Assembly: GCA_016186625.1 (NCBI GenBank) | Contig: JACPLG010000007.1 | Span: 10,426 to 74,425, forward strand | Length of the DNA stretch: 64,000 nt | Source of the DNA: Candidatus Levyibacteriota bacterium | GTDB lineage: Bacteria; Patescibacteriota; Microgenomatia; Levybacterales; UBA12049 | Reading direction: 5' to 3' | In this document: piece after piece, positions 7,659-17,025 of the stretch | How positions within the stretch are numbered: position 1 is the stretch's first letter | How the letters are laid out: each line of letters starts with the position of its first letter | Made by a program: the position numbers and the translations under genes | The notes under the pieces: generated by a model | What the model saw: only the letters and a program-made list of their open reading frames with translations | What the model was told of the DNA's origin: nothing | Database searches by the model: none

Positions 7659-10600
7659 ATGACAAATGAAATGCAACCCGTTCGACCCGCTTCGCAGCGA
7701 GGCGAGCAAGCTCAGGGCGAGCAAGCTCGATTGACAGGGCAAAACATTAATCCTACACTGAGAAGTGAAGGAAATATTTTCATGCCGGATGCAGCTACGG
7801 GGATAAAAGTGGAAAATCCAACTACAACAGAAGGAAAAGACACTCCCGCGGAAAAAGCCACTGATGATACGCCAAAGTTTAATGGTCAAGGAAAAGACGC
7901 CGATTCCAGGACAACACTAAAGGTTATAAGCGAAGAAAATAGTGTTCCGCAAGATGTAAGAGAAGCCGCAAGAAGAGAGTTGGAAAGAGCAAAAGAAACA
8001 CACAGGGAATCTATCAGAAAAGAGTGGCAAAAGGCAAAATCAGAAGCAAAAGAAGGAGTACTAGATGATGATTCAATTGAGGCTGCCATTGAGGCGGGGC
8101 ATGGCCCAGATACTCACACTTCTAAATTATTAACCAACTTAACTGCAAGGCAGGTAATTGAGAATGCCAATCTTGACAGAGAAAGCGAAATGACACCGCA
8201 GGAAGCAAAGGAGCTTCTGGAAAGAGACAAATTATCAGAGAAGGATCAAAATGAGATTCTTGAAGCTCACCGAGAAAGACTGGATAAAGCAGAGACATTA
8301 CTTGGCAGAAAGATTTCAGTTGGACAAAAACTGGCTATTCTGCGAGCCCATTATGTAGGTTTGGGAGAATTGGGCAAAAATGGAAAGGACGCGGGAGTTT
8401 TTAACCTTAAAAAAGATCAGATTGAAAGAAGAGTAGTAATTCTAGAGAAGGCAGGGTTTAATAAAGACCAAATACGCGTACTCATAGAATCCGGCCTAAT
8501 AGCCATGGGTGCACCACCTCCCGCCCCGGGAACTGAACAATATTATACCCAGCAGATAGAAAATGTCATAAACGACTTGGACGCACTGCTAACGCCCAGA
8601 GCTGGTCATTTTACCGATACCTTTGTTGATGACACAAGTCAGCAAATACACGAACTATATACAGTTCCACGCCAAGAGCGGGAATCTGCTCGAATATGGC
8701 TAGATCGTCATGCAAACGAGGTTTACAAATATGGATCAGAACATCCAGGGCCCGCGGCGAGAGAAGCCCGAGAATTAATGGGATTTATTCGAAGGATAGC
8801 AAGTATAGACGATATAAGGCTTGGTAGAGAAGAGCAGAACGAAAGATTTAGAATCGAATTTGATACTCTTAAAGCAGATCCAGGCGCACGGGATGCGTTA
8901 GTTGAGAAAGTAATAGAGTATGTAGCAAGTATTAATCCTTCTCACCGCGAAATACCAAGCGATATTTTAAAACGAATTATCCAAACAGAGGATGAGGGAA
9001 AATCACTTGAGCGATTAGTTATTAGAATTGTTGGTACTCCTCTTCAGTCAGAGACAGGAGAGTATAGCCTTGGGTTTTATGGCAACATCAACCTAGAATC
9101 AATAAGTAATCTTTTGCAAGCAATGTCTGAAAATCCAAATCTAGAAGGTTTACAAAATCTTCCCAGGGGAGAACAGAGACGAGTGATGGACGCTAGATAC
9201 TATCAATTGCAAGAAGTCCACACAATTAAAGAGGGAGTAAGATATATCCATGAACTTAACAAGTATACTGTTACGGATCAGTTGGAAAATGCTAGGCAAT
9301 TAGGGAATCAGATGCCCCCAGAATATCTTAATAAGTTTCAAAGGCTAAAAGGTGTGGGAACTGTTATGAGATATCTTGAGTGGGCTCTTTCAGAGGTAGT
9401 TTCAAGAGAGGGTATTCTAAACAATGAAAACTTTAATAAATTAACAGGACAGGTTAGAAACCCAGACACAGGAAAATACGAAGTTAGTCAAGAGAGTTCA
9501 GTTTTTCAATCCTTCAGAAGATACATTGACATGCTAAGAAGTGGCCGGGATATAAATGGCGCCATTCTTTCTCCCAATGACCTTACTGAACTTGCCGGTT
9601 TGGAAGATTGGGAAATAAGACTAGCCTACAATATTGGGAGAAACCTTTATAACGTTGAGCATAGAAGCGTAGAGTGGGCTGCACAAGGAAGTCCCAGACC
9701 CGGATATAGCATGTGGAAATCTCCTGTTATGGAAGGATTTGCAAGGATCTTGAATTTCGGAAAGTGGTTGAATTTAAGATTTGCACTCGGAGAAGGTAGA
9801 GGAGGAATGGTTTTATTTAAGCATGTCATAGAAGTTATGCAAAGGCTAAGGCGCAATAAAGGCTATGAGAGAAATAACCCTATGACACTTGATAAAATCA
9901 AAGGTGAAGATATTGCTATGTTTGAACTGGCAAATATGACTGCGCCAAGAGGCTTCTGGGCTTCGTGGAGAGCAATGGGTGGTCTTTTGGAACAATTTGC
10001 AGCGAAATTTCATATTCGACCAAACACGCTCATTAGCGGTTATGACGTAATACATGATAAAGATGTATTGAATCCCCAGGATACTAATTTAGCATTTATA
10101 TTAGATTTCCAAGCTTTATCACTCAAAAGAGGCAACGAAGATCCTATAAAATGGGACAAAGCTACGGATGAGATGAAAATGGACTATTTAAGAGCCGTTT
10201 TTCTAAATCCGGAAAACCCAGCCCAACTGCGCCCTGATCTTAGGATTGGACTTGGCGCAATTCTTAGAATAGCCCTGACTCCAGAAGGGGGCAAAAAACA
10301 TCGGGAACTAGATAGTCTTAGGGAGACTATTAGAACCAAGATCTGGGAAAGAGTAGCAGAAGATAATCCTCTAGCTGTTGCTCCATATCTGCACGGATTG
10401 AAATATAAAGGCGGGAGAACTGTAGATATATATAATCATAATCCAAATGTAAATTGGCTGGAATTTTCCAGAAAGCTGGCATACCTAAATGAAATAAGAC
10501 TCGCTCATATTAGAGGCTATAGAGACCCAGCTACAGGCCGGATTGTAGCGAGTATAAATTATACACTCCAAGACGCAATAAATAGCGTGAGAAATGCAAC

Positions 10601-11378
10601 CCAAGGCCGTCCCGATGCCTCCCTTTATAACTTAACTGGGGCTGAAAATGATTTACTGCAGCATATTACTTTAGAAGGAAGGACAGCTGCAGCAGATCTT
10701 GCAAATGTGGAATTCCCTTTTATCCCTTTCCTTAACGATATACTTTTTGAAAGGGCTGATTATGATGAGCCTGGAGCTCAAGCTGTGGGAAGGCATTTTA
10801 ATGACTTGGCTCAAATTCATGGTTCTAACCAAGCATCAGCCGACATGTTAGTCTTTCCTGCCCAATTTATTCAAAAGGATCCTAATGCTACAGTAGAAGC
10901 ATTTAAGAAATTTGAGCAAGGAATAACAGCAGTACACGGAGATAAAGTAGGCAAAGCTAGGTTATATCCGTTTGTTGAATCGATACTTTGGTTTCATAGG
11001 AGAGGAGAAAATGGGGGCGGTCGAGTTAGAAGGTTTATTAGGAAGCAGGATGAGATTCATACGATACTGCAGAAATTTAGAATCCCAAAGATTGGATACA
11101 ACTCAGTAGCTCAGCAAGAGCTCAAAAGTTACAAACCTGAAACCCTAGACCTTGGGCAAGTTTTTGATTACATTGATTTACTTAGCGCTGAGGGACTGAT
11201 GGGTGAAGATGAACAAGATGAAGCAAAGAAAAGGCTTGGAGGCGCAGGCCGCTTTGGATGGCTCTTTATACTTAGAATGATCTGGGAGGGAGTTCAGAGA
11301 GGTACAAAAGCAGGTGCTGTAATTGGAGGAGCAGAGCTTCTTAAAAGATCATTTAATCCTAAAGGGGCTGTTGAATAA
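7659..11378 (+). CDS. giant hypothetical protein (1239 aa), no recognisable domain
   Basis: Long uninterrupted ORF with normal codon bias. Charged, coiled-coil-like N-terminal 300 aa. No TM segment or catalytic motif recognised. Confidence 0.5.
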   Translation: MTNEMQPVRPASQRGEQAQGEQARLTGQNINPTLRSEGNIFMPDAATGIKVENPTTTEGKDTPAEKATDDTPKFNGQGKDADSRTTLKVISEENSVPQDVREAARRELERAKETHRESIRKEWQKAKSEAKEGVLDDDSIEAAIEAGHGPDTHTSKLLTNLTARQVIENANLDRESEMTPQEAKELLERDKLSEKDQNEILEAHRERLDKAETLLGRKISVGQKLAILRAHYVGLGELGKNGKDAGVFNLKKDQIERRVVILEKAGFNKDQIRVLIESGLIAMGAPPPAPGTEQYYTQQIENVINDLDALLTPRAGHFTDTFVDDTSQQIHELYTVPRQERESARIWLDRHANEVYKYGSEHPGPAAREARELMGFIRRIASIDDIRLGREEQNERFRIEFDTLKADPGARDALVEKVIEYVASINPSHREIPSDILKRIIQTEDEGKSLERLVIRIVGTPLQSETGEYSLGFYGNINLESISNLLQAMSENPNLEGLQNLPRGEQRRVMDARYYQLQEVHTIKEGVRYIHELNKYTVTDQLENARQLGNQMPPEYLNKFQRLKGVGTVMRYLEWALSEVVSREGILNNENFNKLTGQVRNPDTGKYEVSQESSVFQSFRRYIDMLRSGRDINGAILSPNDLTELAGLEDWEIRLAYNIGRNLYNVEHRSVEWAAQGSPRPGYSMWKSPVMEGFARILNFGKWLNLRFALGEGRGGMVLFKHVIEVMQRLRRNKGYERNNPMTLDKIKGEDIAMFELANMTAPRGFWASWRAMGGLLEQFAAKFHIRPNTLISGYDVIHDKDVLNPQDTNLAFILDFQALSLKRGNEDPIKWDKATDEMKMDYLRAVFLNPENPAQLRPDLRIGLGAILRIALTPEGGKKHRELDSLRETIRTKIWERVAEDNPLAVAPYLHGLKYKGGRTVDIYNHNPNVNWLEFSRKLAYLNEIRLAHIRGYRDPATGRIVASINYTLQDAINSVRNATQGRPDASLYNLTGAENDLLQHITLEGRTAAADLANVEFPFIPFLNDILFERADYDEPGAQAVGRHFNDLAQIHGSNQASADMLVFPAQFIQKDPNATVEAFKKFEQGITAVHGDKVGKARLYPFVESILWFHRRGENGGGRVRRFIRKQDEIHTILQKFRIPKIGYNSVAQQELKSYKPETLDLGQVFDYIDLLSAEGLMGEDEQDEAKKRLGGAGRFGWLFILRMIWEGVQRGTKAGAVIGGAELLKRSFNPKGAVE

Positions 11379-11381
11379 TCA

Positions 11382-13034
11382 TTAAATTTTAAAGATTTGT
11401 CTCCAAACAGCTTGTGGACCACCTTTTACTCCAGGCGCGGGAGTCTTCATTGAATAAGCAGCAGTACCTCTGGCAAAAGCTCCTATGGTGGCACCTGCTT
11501 CACCTGCGGGTTGGAAGACAGGGCCGTAGTTAACTCCTGTTGCTTTTATAGCGCTTCTTGTTACATTAAGAACGTTTGGAGTGAGGAACAGAAATCCTAA
11601 GGCAATAATTCCTGAGAAAATCGGTGATCCTGCGCCTGCGCCACCTCCCGCCAGAGGAGGAATAAATATCGGGCCAGTTGCACCAAAGAGGCTTGGGTCT
11701 GCCGCAATCTGGCTAAATACTTTACCAAGAATAATCATTGAAAGCGCAGTTGGGAATACAGCCAAGTTGGCAATCATGTCCTTAAACCACGCGCCTACTC
11801 CAACAGTTGATCCTGGGAAGAGGCCAATAAGAAACCAGAAAGGCGCAAAAACTATGTCAATAAGAATAGTTATATAAGCAACAATTAGTATTATCCAAAG
11901 CCTTATTGCCGTATAAATTAAGGCAATAAATATTATTAGTGCGGATAAGACTCCCACAATTAGCCCTACTACTGCTGCAAACATATTGCCAATAATGTCA
12001 AAAAAGCCTGGTTCAAATTTGAAATCGGATGGTGGTACTCCCCCGGGAGAACCATTCAGCGCTACCTCAACCAGTCTTCTAATTGTATCCGAGCCTTGGG
12101 CAGCAAGTTCAGGAAATCCTCCCCCACCTATAACCTCTAAATCCGGATCTCCTGGCCAGAGCCTGTTTATTAAATCAAAAGGAGTGGGGGAAGTTGCAAT
12201 TTCATTAAAGCCGATTTGCTGCGCGGTGGCAGAAGGTTGCCTGATAAGATCAAAAAGGATACCCCCAACTAAATAAATTGCAACGTACATAACATCAACC
12301 AGAAATCCGGCAATTGCAAAGGAAAATGTGACCAGAAGTATTCCTACAATTATTCTGGGAATCTGGTTCTCAATGGTCATAACAGTTCTGGGATCTATAT
12401 GGACCCTAAGCATTATGGCAAGGCCAATTAGGACAAAAATTAGAACAAATAGAAGATAGGCAATATTTCTCATGGCAACCCAGATTGAAATAAGGGGCCT
12501 GATGCCACAAAACCCTACTCCTTGCGAAGCGCCTGCGCATAGATTGGTCTGGGCATATGCTTTTTTGGTTATGCCAAAATTGCCAGCCAAATAGTTTATA
12601 TACTCTCCGGAGCTTACTGGAGGGGTGAAAGTGTAGGCAATAAATGTTCCTATTATCCCAACCGCTCCATTGCCGTTTTCCACAAACCCGATTTTTCCTG
12701 TCACAGGATCAATACCCAAACACTCCTGGCCACTTCTTACTAAATCCATACCTGAGAGCTGGCAGACCATGGCAGCCATCACCTCAATTACTACAGACTG
12801 AACATAACTGTGCTGGTCTTTGGGCACATCCGGATTTAAGTTGGGAGCATAAGCGGCTGATTGCTGATTGCTGATTGCTGATTGCTGATTTCCAACTACT
12901 ACAGTAGCGTTGGTTTGAGCATAGGCTGTTCCAATATAAAATATAAAATAGAAAAAAGAAAATAGACCGAAGAATAAAACTAAACGCTTAACGCTTAACG
13001 CTAGACGCTTCGCTTGGGCAGCAATTCTCATCAA
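11382..13034 (-). CDS. polytopic membrane protein, VirB6/TrbL-like
   Basis: Signal peptide, 6 or more TM helices, Gly-rich loops. An in-frame ctgattg x5 repeat at 12855..12895 and a gcttaacgc repeat lie in the N-terminal region. Confidence 0.45.
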   Translation of the reverse strand: MMRIAAQAKRLALSVKRLVLFFGLFSFFYFIFYIGTAYAQTNATVVVGNQQSAISNQQSAAYAPNLNPDVPKDQHSYVQSVVIEVMAAMVCQLSGMDLVRSGQECLGIDPVTGKIGFVENGNGAVGIIGTFIAYTFTPPVSSGEYINYLAGNFGITKKAYAQTNLCAGASQGVGFCGIRPLISIWVAMRNIAYLLFVLIFVLIGLAIMLRVHIDPRTVMTIENQIPRIIVGILLVTFSFAIAGFLVDVMYVAIYLVGGILFDLIRQPSATAQQIGFNEIATSPTPFDLINRLWPGDPDLEVIGGGGFPELAAQGSDTIRRLVEVALNGSPGGVPPSDFKFEPGFFDIIGNMFAAVVGLIVGVLSALIIFIALIYTAIRLWIILIVAYITILIDIVFAPFWFLIGLFPGSTVGVGAWFKDMIANLAVFPTALSMIILGKVFSQIAADPSLFGATGPIFIPPLAGGGAGAGSPIFSGIIALGFLFLTPNVLNVTRSAIKATGVNYGPVFQPAGEAGATIGAFARGTAAYSMKTPAPGVKGGPQAVWRQIFKI

Positions 13035-13122
13035 TTTTAGTTTGATTTATTTTGAGCTAGATGTCAAGCAGCCCTACACTAAAGTTTCGGATCTGCGAGC
13101 AGCGTCGGATCGGCGAAAGACG

Positions 13123-13211
<89 letters not shown>

Positions 13212-13261
13212 TTAGGTGTATTTTACCAGTTTTTGAGCTTGGGTTAAAGTAAGACTGAAAT

Positions 13262-14674
13262 TTAAGCGGGTCTTCTTTGTGGCTGAGAAGTCTGTTCCAC
13301 AGTACCTCTTGCCTGTTTGAATGAATCCATTACGGTATTTGCAAATAAGACTAAAAAGATACCTAATAAGAAACTTCTTATCCTTCTTTTCCTTTTCTCA
13401 TGTCTGATCATTAAATAATGCTGGTTTGCCCCCTCATATCTTGCTTCAGCTCGATCAATTTTACTTTGATCGCCGGATCTAATTGCCTCATCAAGCTCTG
13501 ATTTTAATTGGTCTCTGTATGCTTTTGCCCCTTCATCAGCTTTTGCCACTCGTTCTTCATACGAGCGAGTTGAGTCTGTCTTGGCAGCTTTTTTCATTGG
13601 CTCAAAAACCCTCTCTTTATATAGCTCAGCATGCTGTTTTCTTATTTCACTTGAACTACTATCAGCATTTGTTCCTCTTCCAAATAAGGTACGGATTCTT
13701 GAACCCAGATGTCCAAGCTTTCCTCCAATCGCTCTCTCAGCTTGTGCCCTGATATAAGAGGAATTAAGAAGCTCATCATTTTCTTCAGCCTCTTGCAGTC
13801 TTGTTTCAAACAATTTTCTATCTTGTGCATTTAAATTTCCTTCTGCTTTTTCCTCAGCCTCAGCCAACTCCTTTTGAACATCTGCGGCAAAAGAAAATAT
13901 AGGTTCGGCCGTTTCATCAGGCTCCGGAGGTTCTGCGGCAGGTGTGTCTGGCTCATCGTCTACAGGAGGAGCCTCGGCAGGTACTCCGGCGACATCCTGA
14001 TTTTCAGCTCCTACAACATCTTTTGGAGCTTCTTCAATTTCCGAACTTTCTGCTACTGTTGGGGCATCCGCCTCATCTTGAGCTGATGTAGGCGATTCAA
14101 CTATAGGGCCTGCTGCTTCCGTGGCAGAATCTGACACCTCCTTAAACCTGAGCTTTGCTGCCTCATGTCTTAATCTAGCCTGTTTAATAGCAAGTTCGTT
14201 TCCAGAAGCAAGCGCGTCATTGAGTTCTTGTAGCGTACTATCTCTGGCGGAGGCTACATCAGCAAGCTTATCTTCCACAGGACGATAATTTGCTTCGGAT
14301 CCAACAGGAGTCGGTTCCGCAGTTTCTATTGTGGGTTCAGCTGGAGTAGTTTCTGGGGAAGCATTTTTGTCTCCTGCTGATTCAGGTGTCATTGGTTCAG
14401 CGACTGGTGGAGGAAGAGATGCGGGGTCCACATCTGCTACTGTTGCCAAGCCATTATCAACAGCAGGCGGCGCAGCTTCTTCAGACTGGCCTCCTATTGC
14501 TGTTTGAACTCTCGCTGCTAGAGCTTCACCAGCTGTGGTTTCGGCGTGGCTTGGCCCAGCTGGAGATCCGCTTTCTGGAGTCGAACTTCCGGCTGCTTCC
14601 ACAGCGCCTGGTGATGCTCCTGCTTCTGCCGGTGGTGGAGCGACTGTTATGTCTGGTGATGGTAATCCTCCCAT
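13262..14674 (-). CDS. acidic Ala/Glu/Pro-rich low-complexity protein with C-terminal TM anchor
   Basis: 470 aa with coiled-coil segments. C-terminal FLLGIFLVLFANTV is hydrophobic. Confidence 0.5.
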   Translation of the reverse strand: MGGLPSPDITVAPPPAEAGASPGAVEAAGSSTPESGSPAGPSHAETTAGEALAARVQTAIGGQSEEAAPPAVDNGLATVADVDPASLPPPVAEPMTPESAGDKNASPETTPAEPTIETAEPTPVGSEANYRPVEDKLADVASARDSTLQELNDALASGNELAIKQARLRHEAAKLRFKEVSDSATEAAGPIVESPTSAQDEADAPTVAESSEIEEAPKDVVGAENQDVAGVPAEAPPVDDEPDTPAAEPPEPDETAEPIFSFAADVQKELAEAEEKAEGNLNAQDRKLFETRLQEAEENDELLNSSYIRAQAERAIGGKLGHLGSRIRTLFGRGTNADSSSSEIRKQHAELYKERVFEPMKKAAKTDSTRSYEERVAKADEGAKAYRDQLKSELDEAIRSGDQSKIDRAEARYEGANQHYLMIRHEKRKRRIRSFLLGIFLVLFANTVMDSFKQARGTVEQTSQPQRRPA

Positions 14675-14873
14675 ATACCCTTTCTTTAGTCTAAGCTTAC
14701 TTAGCTTAGTTTGTCAAAGTATACAGTGAGGCAAGCCCGACAGCTTGATAACAACTTTACAGAAAGATTATAAGATTAGACGGTAGATGATAGATAATTG
14801 AAGATAGAATTTTTGAAGATAGAAGATTGAGGATGGATCGATTTTCTATTTTCCATATCCAAATTCCTACTTT

Positions 14874-15227
14874 CTATGTTCTATTTTCTATCGTCGAACT
14901 CTCCGTCAGGGTTTTGGCAGTTGAAATTGCTGAGTCAATATTGCCCTGTCTTATAAAATCCCGCATTTGATTTAAAACCTGGTCTCTTTTTTCATCAGTT
15001 GCTTTTTCAAGCTCATCAAGATAAACTTTCTCAGCCTCAGGATATTTTTGTCCCAAGTTTTTAAGCTTTTGCAAAAGATCAGCCTGGTCTTTTATAGGAA
15101 GAACGGCAAGGAAATCACGGGCCAGTTGCTGAGCCGCCCCAGCCTCAATTTTATTACTCTTAAGATGCTCGATAATAAGTTGGAGCAACTCTTTTTTTAC
15201 TTCTTCAACCTCTTGCGTAATATCCAC
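14874..15227 (-). CDS. hypothetical helical protein
   Basis: 117-aa ORF with no recognised motif. Confidence 0.45.
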   Translation of the reverse strand: MDITQEVEEVKKELLQLIIEHLKSNKIEAGAAQQLARDFLAVLPIKDQADLLQKLKNLGQKYPEAEKVYLDELEKATDEKRDQVLNQMRDFIRQGNIDSAISTAKTLTESSTIENRT

Positions 15228-15235
15228 ACATTTAT

Positions 15236-15410
15236 TTTACCAGAAAACTCGGAAAACTCAGAGTTCCGGAAATTCAGGTAACCAGAAAATCTGATAAGCT
15301 AAAAGTGTGGTGCGAGATGTTACAGATCTGGAGATCTGGTACATTCTGATTCTCTGATTTTCTGACAATCTGAGTAATCACCTGAGTATTCTGAACTATT
15401 TGTCTTGACG
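15236..15410. repeat. dispersed palindromic element, family A (full hairpin-type copy)
   Basis: The first 24 nt cagaaaactcggaaaactcagagt are identical to 27372..27395. The second arm is the inverted word set. Confidence 0.6.
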
Positions 15411-15421
15411 TTCGAGTTCAC

Positions 15422-16015
15422 TTGAGATACATTAGAGATATGGAAAATGAAACTGAGGGAAAAGAGTTTGAAAGGAGGGAAGAGGCACCAACTTCAAGCA
15501 GTACTCTTCCCCATGAGCATGAGCATAGCCTCAAAACCCTTCTTTCCTGGTCTGCTCCGGGACGTCCTTTTAAAGCTAGGTCAAAGCAATTTTATATGAC
15601 CGCACTCCTTATTGCCTTTTTTATTGAAGTAATACTTTTCTTATTTTCTCAGTACATGCTTATGTTTGTTGTTGCATCTCTGGTCTTTGTAGGATTTGCT
15701 TTTGCCTACGTTCCTCCCAAGAATTTTCATTATAGAATTTCAACTGAAGGACTTATGATTGAAGACCATTTTTATATCTGGCATGAGCTTTATGATTTTT
15801 ATTTTACAAAAAGACAAGGTGTTGAAGTATTAAATATTAGGACTAAAAGCATTTTCCCGGGAATTCTAACAATCTCCTTGGGGGATGTTACAAAAGAGCA
15901 CGTAAAGGATGTTTTGCTTAGATATCTGCCTTTTAGAGAGTATATTAAGCCTACTTTTCTTGAAAGATCTGGAGATTGGCTCAGCCGCAATTTCCCCCTT
16001 GAAAGACCCCAATAA
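15422..16015 (+). CDS. hypothetical membrane protein
   Basis: Two adjacent TM helices after a charged N-terminus. Confidence 0.45.
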   Translation: MRYIRDMENETEGKEFERREEAPTSSSTLPHEHEHSLKTLLSWSAPGRPFKARSKQFYMTALLIAFFIEVILFLFSQYMLMFVVASLVFVGFAFAYVPPKNFHYRISTEGLMIEDHFYIWHELYDFYFTKRQGVEVLNIRTKSIFPGILTISLGDVTKEHVKDVLLRYLPFREYIKPTFLERSGDWLSRNFPLERPQ

Positions 16016-16042
16016 ATTTGTTTACGTTGAGCCTGCGAAGTG

Positions 16043-16129
16043 CGGAGGGGGCGGGATTTGAACCCGCGATATCCTTGCGGATATACCTGCTCTCCAAGCA
16101 AGCGCACTAGGCCACTATGCGACCCCTCC
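16043..16129 (-). tRNA. tRNA-Ser(GGA)
   Basis: Class II tRNA. Anticodon loop uuGGAga, variable arm gatatcc-gcaa-ggatatc, T-arm gcggg-ttcaaat-cccgc. Confidence 0.85.
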
Positions 16130-16138
16130 AAAATGAAT

Positions 16139-16570
16139 TTAAAATTTCAAATTTAAAATTTTCTTGGCTTCTTCCCAGACTTTTTTATCCGAGGGATAAG
16201 TAAGTCTTTTTGAAACATCATTATAATCAATCCACTCAACTTTCTCCATCTCCCAATCATGATTCTCCGTGTTTCCTGAAATATATCTCATTATGAAAAA
16301 ATATACCGTTTTTTTAACTTTCTCTCCTTCCCATAGGTACCAGTAAGTAGAGGGGGCTAGCGATTTCTCAATTTTAGCCTCAATTCCCGTCTCTTCCTTA
16401 ACTTCTCTAATGGCAGTTTCCTCTTTTGTTTGATCTTTATTACCTCTGTGGTCTCCAATCAGTCCTTTTGGAAAAACCCAGCCGTGATGGCCGGAATGCT
16501 GGCAAACAAGAATCTTAATTCCTCTATTTTTTTTGTAAACAATCCCACCAGCTGAAAATTCAAATTTCAT
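16139..16570 (-). CDS. NUDIX hydrolase
   Basis: Nudix box GX5EX7REVKEETGIEA. Start moved to the internal Met (MKFEFSAGG) because the ORF's 5' extension overlaps a tRNA. Confidence 0.8.
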   Translation of the reverse strand: MKFEFSAGGIVYKKNRGIKILVCQHSGHHGWVFPKGLIGDHRGNKDQTKEETAIREVKEETGIEAKIEKSLAPSTYWYLWEGEKVKKTVYFFIMRYISGNTENHDWEMEKVEWIDYNDVSKRLTYPSDKKVWEEAKKILNLKF

Positions 16571-16576
16571 ACTTTG

Positions 16577-16663
16577 CGGTGGGAGAGGGATTTGGACCCC
16601 CGTGAGATTTTCATCTCGCATGGTTTTCGAAACCAGCCTGTTAGACCACTCCAGCACCCCACC
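16577..16663 (-). tRNA. tRNA-Ser(CGA)
   Basis: Class II tRNA. Anticodon loop uuCGAaa, variable arm gagat-gaaa-atctc, T-arm ggggg-tccaaat-ccctc. Confidence 0.8.
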
Positions 16664-16688
16664 TGTTTACATTGAGTTTTTCGAAATG

Positions 16689-16762
16689 CACCCTCGAATG
16701 GATTCGAACCATCGACCTTAGCGTCCGCAACGCTACGCTCTATCCAACTGAGCTACGAGGGC
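16689..16762 (-). tRNA. tRNA-Arg(GCG)
   Basis: Class I cloverleaf. Anticodon stem tagcg/cgcta, loop uuGCGga, T-arm gatgg-ttcgaat-ccatt. Confidence 0.7.
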
Positions 16763-16832
16763 AAGTATACATATTTTAGTCGATTATCTGAGGCTAAGCA
16801 AGTTTAAATTACCGAACATAAGCGGACTTGGG

Positions 16833-16922
16833 CGGAGGAGGTGGGATTAGAACACACGCGAGTCTTATTCAGGATCAAGGGTTTAGAAAAACCTCGCAAT
16901 GGAACTACTATGCGACTCCTCC
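16833..16922 (-). tRNA. Ser-type tRNA-like sequence with anticodon UCU (possible pseudo-tRNA)
   Basis: 5' end ggaggagtcgcatagt is near-identical to tRNA-Ser(GGA). Anticodon loop uuUCUaa, a U-C mismatch in the anticodon stem, a poorly paired variable arm and an atypical T-loop (ttctaat). Confidence 0.4.
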
Positions 16923-17025
16923 TCAAAAGACGACTAGATAGTTGAGTAATTATACACCATGAGAGCCTTGTTTGCGACCTGTCAATAAATATTGAAGTGA
17001 GTTAGCAATTGCTTATAATGTTGAT

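Noticed and set aside
7638-8089. Minus-strand ORFs 7638..7889 and 7886..8089
   Set aside because: They are antisense to the 5' end of the giant ORF. They are short and lack motifs.
11581-12874. Plus-strand ORFs inside the VirB6-like gene
   Set aside because: They are antisense and Pro/Gly-rich low complexity, typical of GC-skewed antisense frames.
12855-13010. Possible CRISPR array or other regular spaced repeats
   Set aside because: Repeats are short tandem words (ctgattg, gcttaacgc) of 7..10 nt inside a CDS. There are no 25..40-nt repeat/spacer units anywhere in the window.
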